Assembly (NCBI GenBank): GCA_964523015.1
Contig: CAZFXN010000008.1
Span: 708 to 64,707, forward strand
DNA length: 64,000 nt
Direction: 5' to 3'
Source of the DNA: an uncultured Bdellovibrionales bacterium
GTDB taxonomy: Bacteria; Bdellovibrionota_C; UBA2361; J135
Position 1 is the stretch's first letter; each line of letters starts with the position of its first letter. The notes under the pieces were generated by a model, which was not told the DNA's origin, ran no database searches, and worked only from the letters and a program-made list of their open reading frames with translations. A program made the position numbers and the translations under genes. Below, piece after piece: positions 9,736 through 20,026 of the stretch.

Positions 9736-9746
9736 GGTATAGTTCT

Positions 9747-11312
9747 ATGAATTACATTAACAACTGCTCTCGCAAATTTCGTTCTTACATCTTCGGAGCA
9801 TTTATCTGCTCATTAAATCTGCTCTTCGGTCAAGCATCTTTTGCTGCACCAATTACAAAGGTCGACATTTTTTTATTATTTGATGATACCGGCAGTTTCT
9901 CTGCATTTGCGCCAACAGTGAAAGATATATTTACTGATCTAGTAGATGGAATTGAAACAGGACTGCCAGGTGTTGACGTGGGCTTTGGTGTTGGACGTTT
10001 TGAAGACTACGGTGGACCTGGCTGGGATTTTTGTTCTAACCATTCTGTGCATTGTGTTGATGACTTTCCACGAAGGGTGAATGGCAGACCATTTTTTCTA
10101 AATCAGCCTATCGTGACTTCTGCAACTGCTGGTGGAAGCTCTCAGCGCGATACTCTTATTCTTAACGCACTTGATCAGAGCGGACCGGGTACCGGTGGGG
10201 ACGATCCAGAGAGTCATATTGAAGCATTGTGGCAAATTATTAACGGTTCAGGATTTGATGGAAACGACGACGCGACGCTTAATGGTTCAGATGGAACTGA
10301 AGTCGCATGTGCCAACGTCACTCAAATTAATCCTGATGAAAGTGGTGATGTTCCAGCATTTACATCTTTGATATCTGGAGTTCCATTTTCAGGAGCTTTG
10401 GGCGGAGCTGGTTTTAGACCAGACGCTTTAAAGTTAGTGATCATTGCAACTGAGATCTGTGCGGTAATGCCATTTAGCGCAGGGACTACTATCCCCTCGT
10501 CTTTTACTGGTCGTTATAGCACAGAGGCAATTGCAGACTTTGCCTGTTTTAGCACAACACCAGGGGACGATCGTTTTGGTTTTGTATCCAATGCTAAATC
10601 ATTTGCCCTCAATACAGTTGCAAATGCTGTTGTGCCAAAAGGATCAGCTACATTTCAACAGACGATTAATGCTTTAAACACAGCTGACGTCCGAGTTTTA
10701 GCTATGGGTCCTGGATTAGCCCCAAAAAATTCAGGTTCTGGACCTGGGCATGAACCAAGTGGTTTTTTATCCGCTCTGGCTCGAATTACAGGTGGCGTTG
10801 ACAGTTTTGGTACTCCCCTAGTTTTGGACATGGGAATAGGAGGCAATGCTCTTAAGCAGAAAATTGTACAAGCAATCCTCGCGGCAGCGATAAGTAATCC
10901 AGGATGTCTTAATCAAGATCTCACAGTGACATTCGACGATCTCTCAACTTCAATCTCGCAACTGAAGAAACTTGCAGTAAAACTTGCCAAGAAAACTCAA
11001 AGCCAGAGTCAACGGAAGAAAACTTCAAAGAAGATTAAAAAATTGGTCTTAAAAAGCAATGCAATTCTGCAATCTTTTCCAAAGCAAGCTACAGTCTGTC
11101 AAAATAATGCATGTCCGGCAACAGATCATTCCGATGCTTTGAAGACGCTGAACAAAGTAACTAGCAAACTTAATAAAATGATAAAATCATCTATCAAGAA
11201 AGTAACAAATAAAAAACAAGCATCAAAATTTCAGAGTAAGGCGGCAAATCTGATGTTAGCAAATACTTCAAATATTGAAACAGTTCCTGACCATACTAAT
11301 AATTGTGAATAA
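9747..11312 (+). CDS. Secreted protein with N-terminal VWA-like domain and Lys-rich C-terminal tail
   Basis: Signal peptide (FGQASFA). VDIFLLFDDTGS resembles the VWA MIDAS-region motif. C-terminus is K-rich low complexity. Confidence 0.5.
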   Translation: MNYINNCSRKFRSYIFGAFICSLNLLFGQASFAAPITKVDIFLLFDDTGSFSAFAPTVKDIFTDLVDGIETGLPGVDVGFGVGRFEDYGGPGWDFCSNHSVHCVDDFPRRVNGRPFFLNQPIVTSATAGGSSQRDTLILNALDQSGPGTGGDDPESHIEALWQIINGSGFDGNDDATLNGSDGTEVACANVTQINPDESGDVPAFTSLISGVPFSGALGGAGFRPDALKLVIIATEICAVMPFSAGTTIPSSFTGRYSTEAIADFACFSTTPGDDRFGFVSNAKSFALNTVANAVVPKGSATFQQTINALNTADVRVLAMGPGLAPKNSGSGPGHEPSGFLSALARITGGVDSFGTPLVLDMGIGGNALKQKIVQAILAAAISNPGCLNQDLTVTFDDLSTSISQLKKLAVKLAKKTQSQSQRKKTSKKIKKLVLKSNAILQSFPKQATVCQNNACPATDHSDALKTLNKVTSKLNKMIKSSIKKVTNKKQASKFQSKAANLMLANTSNIETVPDHTNNCE

Positions 11313-11326
11313 GTATTTCAGATCTG

Positions 11327-12439
11327 TCAGATCTGTTCGTAAAGATCTAAGATTTTCTGGGTTCGCGCGATTGGACAAAATTTTGGTTGAAGCGATAGAC
11401 AAGCGACTTCGCCGATGATTCTTAATTGCGGCTTGTTAGAAAGAACTTGATGTAATTGATTAGACAATGCGTCTACATCATTTGGGGGAATCAACCAGCC
11501 GTTCAAACCATTATTGATAATTTCACTTACTGCTCCAACCTCACTGGCAACTACGGGCACTGAGAACGACATAGCTTCAAGAACTACATTTGGTAAACCT
11601 TCAGATCGAGAAGGTAAAACTAACAGATCGATTGCTTCGTAATAATCACCTATATTTCGCTCATGTGAGACAAAATCGACTTTATCTGCTATCCCCAACT
11701 CACCAGCTAGAGCTGAAAGTGCATTAAAATTCGGGCCATCGCCAAGAAATACAATTCTTACTGCAGGATGCTCAAGGTGTATTTTAGCAAATGCTTTAAT
11801 TAAGATATCTTGTCCTTTTTCGAAGCTAAGTCGACCAAAACACCCGAGTAAAATTGAATCTTCATTGAGACAGAGCTTCGAACGAATTGCCTGCCCGCCG
11901 AGTTTGCGGGGAATTGCATTCTGATCGATCGCGTTGAGCAGTAATAATGTCTGTTTTTTAGTTCCCCTTAGCTTATCAAAGACTTTTTTTAGCTGCGGTG
12001 AAACTGCAACTACAATTGTGGCATAGCGCAAAAGTAAACGATCCAGACTGTGATAAAATTTCACTTTTGTATCTTCAGTTGTCCAGCCATGAGCAAAGGC
12101 TATCCAAGGCAGCCCTAACACAGGGGCTACAATTGCCGAAATGAAATGACTCTTGTAGCCATGAGATTGAATTAAGTTATACTTGCCTTCACGAGCAATC
12201 TTAATTACTTGCCAGATAGGTGTGGGATCGAGTCTAAAGCGTTGGTCAATTTGAGTTAAATTTATCTCTTGTTCCTTGGCCTCATTAACAAATTCAGAAC
12301 CTTTTGATACACGATATCGAAAATTACAAACTAGGTAGTTTGTCCCTTTCTCTTTTAAGCCTGAGAGTAACTGGAAAAGTCCACGACCAGGTCCGCCGAT
12401 AATTGCTGTATCAATAATGATAAGTGGTTTAGTATGCAT
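11327..12439 (-). CDS. Glycosyltransferase family 4 (GT-B)
   Basis: C-terminal EGLPNVVLEAMSFSVPVVASEVGAVSEII matches the GT1/GT4 donor-binding signature. Confidence 0.85.
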   Translation of the reverse strand: MHTKPLIIIDTAIIGGPGRGLFQLLSGLKEKGTNYLVCNFRYRVSKGSEFVNEAKEQEINLTQIDQRFRLDPTPIWQVIKIAREGKYNLIQSHGYKSHFISAIVAPVLGLPWIAFAHGWTTEDTKVKFYHSLDRLLLRYATIVVAVSPQLKKVFDKLRGTKKQTLLLLNAIDQNAIPRKLGGQAIRSKLCLNEDSILLGCFGRLSFEKGQDILIKAFAKIHLEHPAVRIVFLGDGPNFNALSALAGELGIADKVDFVSHERNIGDYYEAIDLLVLPSRSEGLPNVVLEAMSFSVPVVASEVGAVSEIINNGLNGWLIPPNDVDALSNQLHQVLSNKPQLRIIGEVACLSLQPKFCPIARTQKILDLYEQI

Positions 12440-12510
12440 AGAAATTACTGACTATCTTTAGAGTAAATGAGGTAGAGCACGATTTTAAGAAATTCAATAT
12501 GAGATAAATC

Positions 12511-13683
12511 ATGTCAACAGTGCTAAAACAAAATGAGAATATATCTTTAACGGTTGTTACTGATGAGGTTGGATTTGATTTACTTGAAATTGAATGGCGA
12601 AATCTGTTTAGTAGCGTAGAATCGTCCACAGTCCCTCTACAATGGGATTGGATGCGAGAATGGTGGCGGTTTTATGGAGATAAATATGGAGGAAAGTCAG
12701 ATGGCCTCCGTATACTTGTGGTGCGGAACGCTGATAGATTAATTGGCATTTTGCCTCTTTATTTAAGAACTACTTACAATTTCTTGCCTAGATCTCTTTG
12801 CTTTCTTTCTACTGGCGAAGATGACAAGGAAACGATCTATCCTGAGTATTTGAATCTACTTGCGCAGAATCAGGATATAAATTGTTGTTTGCAGGTAATA
12901 TCTAAGCACCTTTATAATGATGCTAGAAGTGAATGGGATGAGTGTTTTCTCGGAATCCTTGCGCCCAATTCTTCACTGCTTCGTTTAGCGGAAAGACCAC
13001 TATGCAAATTTCGTTTTTTAAACAGAAAGCTCCCCTCTATTTGTCCTAAAGTGGATCTAAGTGGTGGTTTTGACCTATATCTAAACTCGCACTCTGCATC
13101 TCAGCGACAACAATTTAAACGCTTATTGAAGCAAGCTGGGGATCCAAGTGTTAAATTTGAGGTGGCAACGACTTTTGAGGAGGGAGAACTATATTTAGAT
13201 GAACTTATTGAACTGCATCAAGCACGATGGAATGAGAATGGTAGCTCAGGAGCCTTTGCTTCGAATAGAAAAGTTAGTTTTCTCAAGTCTTTAACTGAGA
13301 AGCTATTGCTTAAGCGTCAAGTACTAATCACAAAACTTTCAAAAAATGGAGCTCCGATTGCAGTTCTCTATGGTTTTATTAATCAGGGCAAGTTTGATTT
13401 CTACCAAAGTGGAGTTAATATCGATTGTCGTGACTTTAAAAGCCCGGGAATTGTAGCCCACCTCCTCACAATGAGTTACCTAGCTGAGCAGAGGATATCC
13501 ACCTACGACTTTTTAGCCGGTCAGAGTGAATATAAGAAAAGATTAGCTACTGGCGAACGTTATACTTACGAACTCACTTTAAAACGTCCTACAATTCGAA
13601 CCTTTTTGAATATAGCAGTAGTTATATTCAAAAAGATAAAGTTGCGTATTCAAAGATTCGAAAAAAAATTACCTCAAGCATGA
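12511..13683 (+). CDS. GNAT-fold acetyltransferase, CelD/BcsL/FemAB-like (EPS-associated)
   Basis: 390 aa. Family resemblance only, supported by EPS-locus context. A paralogous-type gene lies at 29903-31036. Confidence 0.5.
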   Translation: MSTVLKQNENISLTVVTDEVGFDLLEIEWRNLFSSVESSTVPLQWDWMREWWRFYGDKYGGKSDGLRILVVRNADRLIGILPLYLRTTYNFLPRSLCFLSTGEDDKETIYPEYLNLLAQNQDINCCLQVISKHLYNDARSEWDECFLGILAPNSSLLRLAERPLCKFRFLNRKLPSICPKVDLSGGFDLYLNSHSASQRQQFKRLLKQAGDPSVKFEVATTFEEGELYLDELIELHQARWNENGSSGAFASNRKVSFLKSLTEKLLLKRQVLITKLSKNGAPIAVLYGFINQGKFDFYQSGVNIDCRDFKSPGIVAHLLTMSYLAEQRISTYDFLAGQSEYKKRLATGERYTYELTLKRPTIRTFLNIAVVIFKKIKLRIQRFEKKLPQA

Positions 13684-13941
13684 TCGAGCTCATGTGAAAT
13701 GTTTGCATCCGCGACTAACTTAACATTGTCGGGAGATTGGTTTCTTGAGAGGTAGGCTCGAAAGAATTCGATCTTAAGAGTTTTGAAAAATTCGTTATCC
13801 GCTTTAGACAAAACGAACGAGTTGGGTCGATGACACTTACTTGCTCGTTTATAAAAAGCAGAAAACCATTCTCCCGTCAATATGTGTTTTATGATTTGTT
13901 TTATCGATCATAAAAACTTTGATTGGCTATAACTAACTACT

Positions 13942-15129
13942 ATGGGCTTTTTTGTCATAACAATTTTAGCTTTGACCGGCATTCTTGGAATGACTTGGCT
14001 GTTCCCTATGCTGCTGAGTTTTTTTAATCCAAGACGAATAATTCCAGCGCAAACTGGGCAAAGGTCAATAGGTGAATCTAAATCAATTAAAATTATAATA
14101 CCTGCCCACAATGAAGGTCCACTTCTCTCTGAAAGTTTAAAAAGTATTATTACAGCGGTTCAAAATGTGACTAAGTTATGGCCCAGCTACTCTTTTAATA
14201 TCTGTGTTGGGGCAGATGGTTGTACAGATAACACGGTCAAAATTGCCAAAGAATTTCAAACTTATGGAGTCGAGGTTATAGAGCATAAGCAACGTAAAGG
14301 GAAATGGCGAACACTTTATTCTCTTGTGTCTCAGGACATGGAGAGTGATTGGTTTATCTTTGCCGATGCAGGAGTGTGCTGGCCAAAAAATTTCTTACTT
14401 GAAATTATTCCTTACTTTCGTGTTCGGTCAGTCATGGCAGTAGCTCCAACCTATTATAATCCTAACGGCAGTGCTCTTGAAAAATGTGTGTGGTGGTTCG
14501 AATGTCATCTAAAAGAATGGGAAAACACTTCTGGCGGACCGATCAGTGTTCATGGTGCTACTATTTGCTATCGTCGCGAAGAGCTTCTAGCTACGTTGAG
14601 TGCTTTAAATAATCATGAATGGCTCAATGATGATGTGGTTCTGCCATTAAAGATGAGGGATTTATTCAGTGATAGAAAAATCTGTTACTTACCCAATCTT
14701 GCAGTCTATGAGTTGCCTCGTATAGTTCGACAAGCAGAGTTCGGTCGCCGCCGTCGTATGGTTTTTGGTAATATTGAGTGGATAAAGAAGTTATGGATAC
14801 CTATTTGTAGGACCAACCCCGCAATTGCCTTGCTGGCGATGCGACGAATCTTTCGTCTATTCTGGGCCTATTGGGTTCTTCTAAGCGTTGCCGCGGTGTT
14901 TCTATTTATCCGCTTCGATATGACGTGGACAAAAGAAATACCTGACTCGTTGGCACTACTATCTTTCATAATTTTTCCTTTCATAATTTTTCTTATCAGC
15001 GTGTATGTATATCGTCGGAGCTTAACTCGATTAAGCGAAAGTTTATGCGCATCGCTGCTGGCACCTTATTATTTCATGGCCCAGATCCTTCAATTCAGCT
15101 CATTCAACAAACGGCTGGAGTGGCAATGA
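13942..15129 (+). CDS. Glycosyltransferase family 2 (membrane-bound, C-terminal TM helices)
   Basis: IIIPAHNEGPLL N-terminal GT2 motif, a D-x-D region, and a C-terminal hydrophobic segment. Confidence 0.8.
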   Translation: MGFFVITILALTGILGMTWLFPMLLSFFNPRRIIPAQTGQRSIGESKSIKIIIPAHNEGPLLSESLKSIITAVQNVTKLWPSYSFNICVGADGCTDNTVKIAKEFQTYGVEVIEHKQRKGKWRTLYSLVSQDMESDWFIFADAGVCWPKNFLLEIIPYFRVRSVMAVAPTYYNPNGSALEKCVWWFECHLKEWENTSGGPISVHGATICYRREELLATLSALNNHEWLNDDVVLPLKMRDLFSDRKICYLPNLAVYELPRIVRQAEFGRRRRMVFGNIEWIKKLWIPICRTNPAIALLAMRRIFRLFWAYWVLLSVAAVFLFIRFDMTWTKEIPDSLALLSFIIFPFIIFLISVYVYRRSLTRLSESLCASLLAPYYFMAQILQFSSFNKRLEWQ

Positions 15130-16520
15130 GCAATTTTTTTAATAAAGATAATTTTGTTGTGGATCTTCACTTCTTTGGCCTTAGCTTTGCAATCTGGCTA
15201 GTTCTTTTTGTCATTTTTGAAAAATCAGGACAACTTTTAGATCCTACACATCTGCTTTTGTTCGGTGCGGCAAGTCTCATTTCACTTGTTTTGCTCTATT
15301 CTTTTGAAAGCGTCGATAAGTTGCGACTTGGCCCACAGCGTAGGGATATTTTACATATGACATTAGCTTTTCTTATAAGCATGATCGTGTGTAATTTGGT
15401 TCTGAAATTATCTTTGCATGTATTACCAATTGCAAATTTGGATAGAGTGTCGATTGCTAGCTTTTGTCAGATGACGAGTGTTCCCCTAGCAACCTTCTTT
15501 TATGGTAGTTATTGTCTGATCAGTTTCTATATATTTAGAAATGATCGAAAGAAAAGAGTACTCTTAGACCTTAACCATGGCCAGCGACTTTCACTTGTGC
15601 CGGATCTAGCTAGGCTCGGCTTTGATAAATACATGGAATTTTTAGAACCCGCAGATCTTAAAAAATATATTCATAGTGGTTTTTTAAGCAAAATTGATCT
15701 TATTATTATTTCTCGTGACAAAGTAAAGCAGTTTGATCTGGAAGGGTCATTACTACAAGCCCACCTAGCAGGAATTCCTATTATAGATGCAAGTGAAATT
15801 ACATCGAGAGTTGCTGGGCGAGTACTTTTAGATCAGACTGATCTGTCAAGTTATCTCCTGTGTGCCACTCAAAAAACACAGCTTTGTAGAATCTTGCTTC
15901 GGATAAAATATATTCTTGAGCCCGTGGCTGCTGTCGCTTTGAGCATTCTATTGTCACCCATTTTGTTAATAGTAGCTTTGCTAGTCAAACTTACTAGTCC
16001 TGGACCAATCTTTTACCGACAAATCCGGACTGGCTATTTAGGTAAGCCTTTTGAGCTAGTGAAATTTCGAAGCATGGTAGTCGATGCTGAAGTGAATGGC
16101 CCGCAATGGTCAACTTCGAATGACGCAAGAGTTACTTCATTTGGTCATTTTCTCAGACGTACCCGGATTGATGAACTACCACAACTTTGGAATGTTATGC
16201 GAACAGAGATCTCCTTTATTGGTCCTCGTCCCGAACGCCCCGAAATTTATGAGCAACTCAAATCGCAAGTACCCCTCTTTTCACTCCGTACATTAGTACG
16301 TCCTGGAATAACTGGTTATGCCCAAGTTTGCTCAGGTTATGCTGCTTCTTCAGCCGAGTCGTTACTGAAGCTTGAGTATGATCTATTTTATATTCAACAT
16401 ATGTCTTTAAGATTTGATCTGAGTATCTTAGTTAAAACATTCAAGGTAGTTTTTGTTGGTGACAAAGCAAATCCAAAAGTTGTTCCCAGTACATCACAAC
16501 CTCTGGCTGTTTCACAGTGA
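15126..16520 (+). CDS. Undecaprenyl-phosphate sugar phosphotransferase (WbaP/EpsB-type initiating bacterial sugar transferase)
   Basis: PILLIVALLVKLTSPGPIFYRQIRTGYLGKPFELVKFRSM...GPRPERP is the PF02397 signature. The preferred ATG at 15126 forms an ATGA overlap with the upstream GT2 stop (the track start at 15045 overlaps by 85 bp). Confidence 0.9.
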   Translation: MSNFFNKDNFVVDLHFFGLSFAIWLVLFVIFEKSGQLLDPTHLLLFGAASLISLVLLYSFESVDKLRLGPQRRDILHMTLAFLISMIVCNLVLKLSLHVLPIANLDRVSIASFCQMTSVPLATFFYGSYCLISFYIFRNDRKKRVLLDLNHGQRLSLVPDLARLGFDKYMEFLEPADLKKYIHSGFLSKIDLIIISRDKVKQFDLEGSLLQAHLAGIPIIDASEITSRVAGRVLLDQTDLSSYLLCATQKTQLCRILLRIKYILEPVAAVALSILLSPILLIVALLVKLTSPGPIFYRQIRTGYLGKPFELVKFRSMVVDAEVNGPQWSTSNDARVTSFGHFLRRTRIDELPQLWNVMRTEISFIGPRPERPEIYEQLKSQVPLFSLRTLVRPGITGYAQVCSGYAASSAESLLKLEYDLFYIQHMSLRFDLSILVKTFKVVFVGDKANPKVVPSTSQPLAVSQ

Positions 16521-16545
16521 GCGGTAGCAGCGAGTAACATTTATT

Positions 16546-19194
16546 ATGGAGGGAACGATTGCAAAAAGACGATCGCATTGGCCGCTAGCAATTCTCTCGA
16601 CTTGCGCTGCACTGTTTAGCATGATTTTGCCTTTAGTCTTGGTACGTATCTTAACACCACATGAAGTTGGTATCTTTAAAATATTCTTTCTATATTTGAC
16701 GATCATTCCTGCCTTTGCTCTTACCTCGGGAATAATGAGCAGCTTAGCTTTTTGGGCAGGTCGTGGGAAGGAGGGAATAAAACCTATCCAAACTTCTTCA
16801 ATACTGATTGTACTTCTAGCTATTACTTTTGTAGTAGCTGTTTTTATATTTCGTCCAACGATTGAGCACGCTCTTGGATTAAATGAGCAGCAATCTTTAT
16901 TATTCGCATTTGCTTTACTAGGCGCAATTGCCGCTCCTTTCTTTGAAGAAGTTGCAATATCTACTGGGAAAATTTGGACAGGAGCGATTTTTTACTCAGG
17001 ATTTGAATTTATCCGCGCGTTCGCGATTTTATTTGCAATATTTTTTTATCGTAGTCTTACAGCTGTTTTGTTAGCACATACACTTATTATTACCTTTAAA
17101 GTGCTTTGCGGTTATCTGTACAGCTATAAGCTACAATTAACCGGGGCTAAATTTGATCGACAGAGTCTTCGCACCGTTTGGAGTTATGCTTTTCCAGTAT
17201 CGTTAGCTTGGGTATTTGGCATTTTTATAAGTTCAGCAGATCAGTTCATTTTATCAACTTATATTTCTCCGGCACAGTTTGCCATTTACTCAATTGGTTG
17301 TCTCGCGATAGCACCGCTGCTCATTTTCGAGCATTCGATAACTAGAGTATTAATTCCTCAAATGTCAGAGGCATTTTCACATAGTCAGAATAATCGTGCT
17401 GCTCTTCTATATCAATCAGCAGTAGAGAATTTGAGTTTTTTTCTTATACCTGCAGTCGTAGGACTTGTGATTTTTGCTACACCAATTATTCAACTATTTT
17501 TTACTAACCAATATTCTGCCGCTGCTCCATATTTACAGCTATATGCCTTTACGTATATTTTTCTAATTATCCCATATGACGCCTTGCCGCGAGCGCGTGG
17601 TCAATCAGGATGGATCTTACGAACCTTCATAATATTTTCCATATTCTCGTTGGGCATGGCTGGTTTATTGACCCATTTCTGGGGACCTTTTGGAGCCTTG
17701 AGTGCACTTTTGCTTACCGGTGCAGCAATGCGTACCTATGCGATTGTATATTTCAAAAAACAGATCGAATTACCATTAAATCGATTCTTACCTCTCGAAA
17801 GTTTTGTACGCTATACACTCCTGTGTTTAGTTTTGGGGGGATGCGCTTTGGCGGCAAGGCCGTATTTTACTAATAGTCATATCTGGTTTTTTGTTTGTGG
17901 CAGTGCTTTTGCTTTACTTTATTTGTTGATCGCTTTGCCCTCTAAAAATCGTAGCGAAAGGCTACGCCATCCATCTCCCGGTGTATTAATCATAGCCCAA
18001 TCGCTTGATATTGGCGGCATTGAACGGATGATTCTTCATCTCAGTGAATATCTTCAGGAAGAAAAGAAATGGGCCATACATGTTCTTGCATATGATCATA
18101 CAAACAAAAACTCACAAGATTTACTTTCGAAGTTTGCGTCTCGAAACATTCCCGTGGAAACCTTTAAGAAAGCGAAAGGATTTTCACCTTTGGCCGTGGT
18201 ACGAATTGTTCGCAACATTTACCGTAATGATATTTACATAATTCACACTCAAGATCTGGGAGGTTTGATCTATGCTGCCTTAGCCAAATTGTGTTGCTTT
18301 GGAAGAATTAAAATTGTTCATACCCAACATAGTTTTATTCATTTGGAGAGAAAAGCACGGTATGGAGTATATGAAAAATTATTGACTCGATTCGTAGATA
18401 AGCTCTCGGTAGTCTCAGAAGATACCAAAAAAACATATCTTAAGTTGGGAGTAGATTCTGAGAAAATATCTCTGATTCAAAATGGTGTAGTGTTCTCAAC
18501 GACTCCGTTACTGACCCGAACTGAAAGAATTTCGCAACGACCTTTAGCGCTGGAACATATAGATTCAAGTAAAAGTAAAAGGTTGAGTGCGCATATGCAG
18601 GATTACTGGATTGTATATTTAGCACGTTTATTTCCTGGCAAAGGACAGGAACATGCCGTGGCTTTGTGGAATAAACTAAAACCTGAAATCAGATATAGTA
18701 GTATTTTATGTTTCATTGGGCCTGAATCAGCTGCTGGTCAATATCAACAATTAGAAAACATCATTGAGAAATCACAAGATAATGAGCGAATTTTTATTTT
18801 AGGAGAAACTCAAGAACCTCATTCATGGTTAAATGCTAGCGATCTGTATCTTTCATGCTCTGAGTTTGAAGGAATGCCGCTAGGACCCCTTGAAGCTGTT
18901 GGTTCCGGTGTTCCGACGCTGCTATCGAACATTCCCGGACATGATTTTTTAAAAGATGTGACAGTTCAATACCCATTCGCAGACTATAAACGGGGCGCGA
19001 ATGAAATGGAGAAGATTCTGAATAAGATTGCAACTGATGGATTGAACTATTTTCAAGAGGCCTGGAATAACGGGCGTCATTTGAGAGAGCATTTCTCGGT
19101 TGAAGAAATGTCAAGAAAATATTCATTGCTTTATGCCGAAAATATGATCCCATCTAGAAATTCTTTTGCAATCAGAGGAGAGGCTCTTGGATAA
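16546..19194 (+). CDS. Fusion protein: Wzx-type polysaccharide flippase (about 12 TM) + C-terminal GT4 glycosyltransferase
   Basis: N-terminal ~470 aa are highly hydrophobic, typical of the MOP/Wzx superfamily. C-terminal ~400 aa carry the GT4 signature (EFEGMPLGPLEAVGSGVPTLLSNIPG). Confidence 0.7.
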   Translation: MEGTIAKRRSHWPLAILSTCAALFSMILPLVLVRILTPHEVGIFKIFFLYLTIIPAFALTSGIMSSLAFWAGRGKEGIKPIQTSSILIVLLAITFVVAVFIFRPTIEHALGLNEQQSLLFAFALLGAIAAPFFEEVAISTGKIWTGAIFYSGFEFIRAFAILFAIFFYRSLTAVLLAHTLIITFKVLCGYLYSYKLQLTGAKFDRQSLRTVWSYAFPVSLAWVFGIFISSADQFILSTYISPAQFAIYSIGCLAIAPLLIFEHSITRVLIPQMSEAFSHSQNNRAALLYQSAVENLSFFLIPAVVGLVIFATPIIQLFFTNQYSAAAPYLQLYAFTYIFLIIPYDALPRARGQSGWILRTFIIFSIFSLGMAGLLTHFWGPFGALSALLLTGAAMRTYAIVYFKKQIELPLNRFLPLESFVRYTLLCLVLGGCALAARPYFTNSHIWFFVCGSAFALLYLLIALPSKNRSERLRHPSPGVLIIAQSLDIGGIERMILHLSEYLQEEKKWAIHVLAYDHTNKNSQDLLSKFASRNIPVETFKKAKGFSPLAVVRIVRNIYRNDIYIIHTQDLGGLIYAALAKLCCFGRIKIVHTQHSFIHLERKARYGVYEKLLTRFVDKLSVVSEDTKKTYLKLGVDSEKISLIQNGVVFSTTPLLTRTERISQRPLALEHIDSSKSKRLSAHMQDYWIVYLARLFPGKGQEHAVALWNKLKPEIRYSSILCFIGPESAAGQYQQLENIIEKSQDNERIFILGETQEPHSWLNASDLYLSCSEFEGMPLGPLEAVGSGVPTLLSNIPGHDFLKDVTVQYPFADYKRGANEMEKILNKIATDGLNYFQEAWNNGRHLREHFSVEEMSRKYSLLYAENMIPSRNSFAIRGEALG

Positions 19195-19954
19195 AAAACA
19201 ACAAAACAACCTTATTGCTCGATTTTTATGGATACTAAAACATCGACCAAGACAACTTTACCCGGCTGGCAGAGGGTACGTACTTTTTCATTTGGCCCGA
19301 ATGGCTCGGATCCTGTTACCTCTTGAAGGGGTTGAGCTATCTGAAAATGTTAGGCTGCAAAAAAATTCAAGTCTAATGGCCGAAAGTCCAGATGCCACAA
19401 TCAATATAGGAGCCAATGCAATTATTTATGAAGATGCTCGCATCGAATCTTATGGTAACGGGAAAATTTCAATTGGTCCTTCCTCCATTGTAGGAGATGC
19501 TCATATAGTTTCGCGATTTAATATTCAGATTGGGGCAAGATTTTTAACAAGTTGGAATGTGTTTATTCAGGATTATGACTCTCACCCAAATACTCCCGAG
19601 CTTCGAAAGCAGCAGATAGAGAATATGGTCAGCTCTTTTCGACCTAATTTTGGAGCAAAACATGCAATACCTCTTGTTCGAACTGCTTGGGATTATCCTG
19701 GAGAAGCAATCGTAATAGGAGACGATGTCTGGCTAGGTGCTGGCACGACCATTCTTAAGGGCGCGACTATAGGTTCAGGATCAATTGTAGCTACTGGAGC
19801 AGTAGTCCTTAAAGGTAATTATCCTGCATTGAGTCTGCTAGCGGGTAATCCAGCCAAAGTTGTAAAAAGTTTAGCGGTTTCACAAGAGCGGCAGGATAAC
19901 TCCGAAAGAATAAATTATTACAACCAGGGTCAGATTATTGAGCATTCGCTATGA
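19166..19954 (+). CDS. Left-handed beta-helix (hexapeptide) acetyltransferase (WcaF/Mac-like O-acetyltransferase)
   Basis: Hexapeptide repeats (IGDDVWLGAGTTILKGATIGSGSIVATGAVV). The track start is TTG and overlaps the upstream gene by 29 bp; the true start may be ATG at 19301. Confidence 0.75.
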   Translation: MQSEERLLDKKQQNNLIARFLWILKHRPRQLYPAGRGYVLFHLARMARILLPLEGVELSENVRLQKNSSLMAESPDATINIGANAIIYEDARIESYGNGKISIGPSSIVGDAHIVSRFNIQIGARFLTSWNVFIQDYDSHPNTPELRKQQIENMVSSFRPNFGAKHAIPLVRTAWDYPGEAIVIGDDVWLGAGTTILKGATIGSGSIVATGAVVLKGNYPALSLLAGNPAKVVKSLAVSQERQDNSERINYYNQGQIIEHSL

Positions 19955-20026
19955 TCAAAATCATACTGAAATCATAACCAACTGGTTACATTCGTAACCA
20001 CTGTTTTCTTCTCACTGGAGCTTCTT

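Noticed and set aside
12429..12629. 66-aa minus-strand ORF spanning the GT4/CelD intergenic region
   Set aside because: It overlaps the start of both flanking genes. Likely spurious.
13674..14111. Two minus-strand small ORFs (13674-13880, 13908-14111) between the CelD-like and GT2 genes
   Set aside because: They sit on the opposite strand to the operon, and the second overlaps the GT2 N-terminus. The region is more likely a promoter.
15045..15125. Upstream extension of the sugar-transferase ORF
   Set aside because: It would overlap the GT2 gene by 85 bp. The ATG at 15126 gives a classic ATGA coupling and a typical protein N-terminus.
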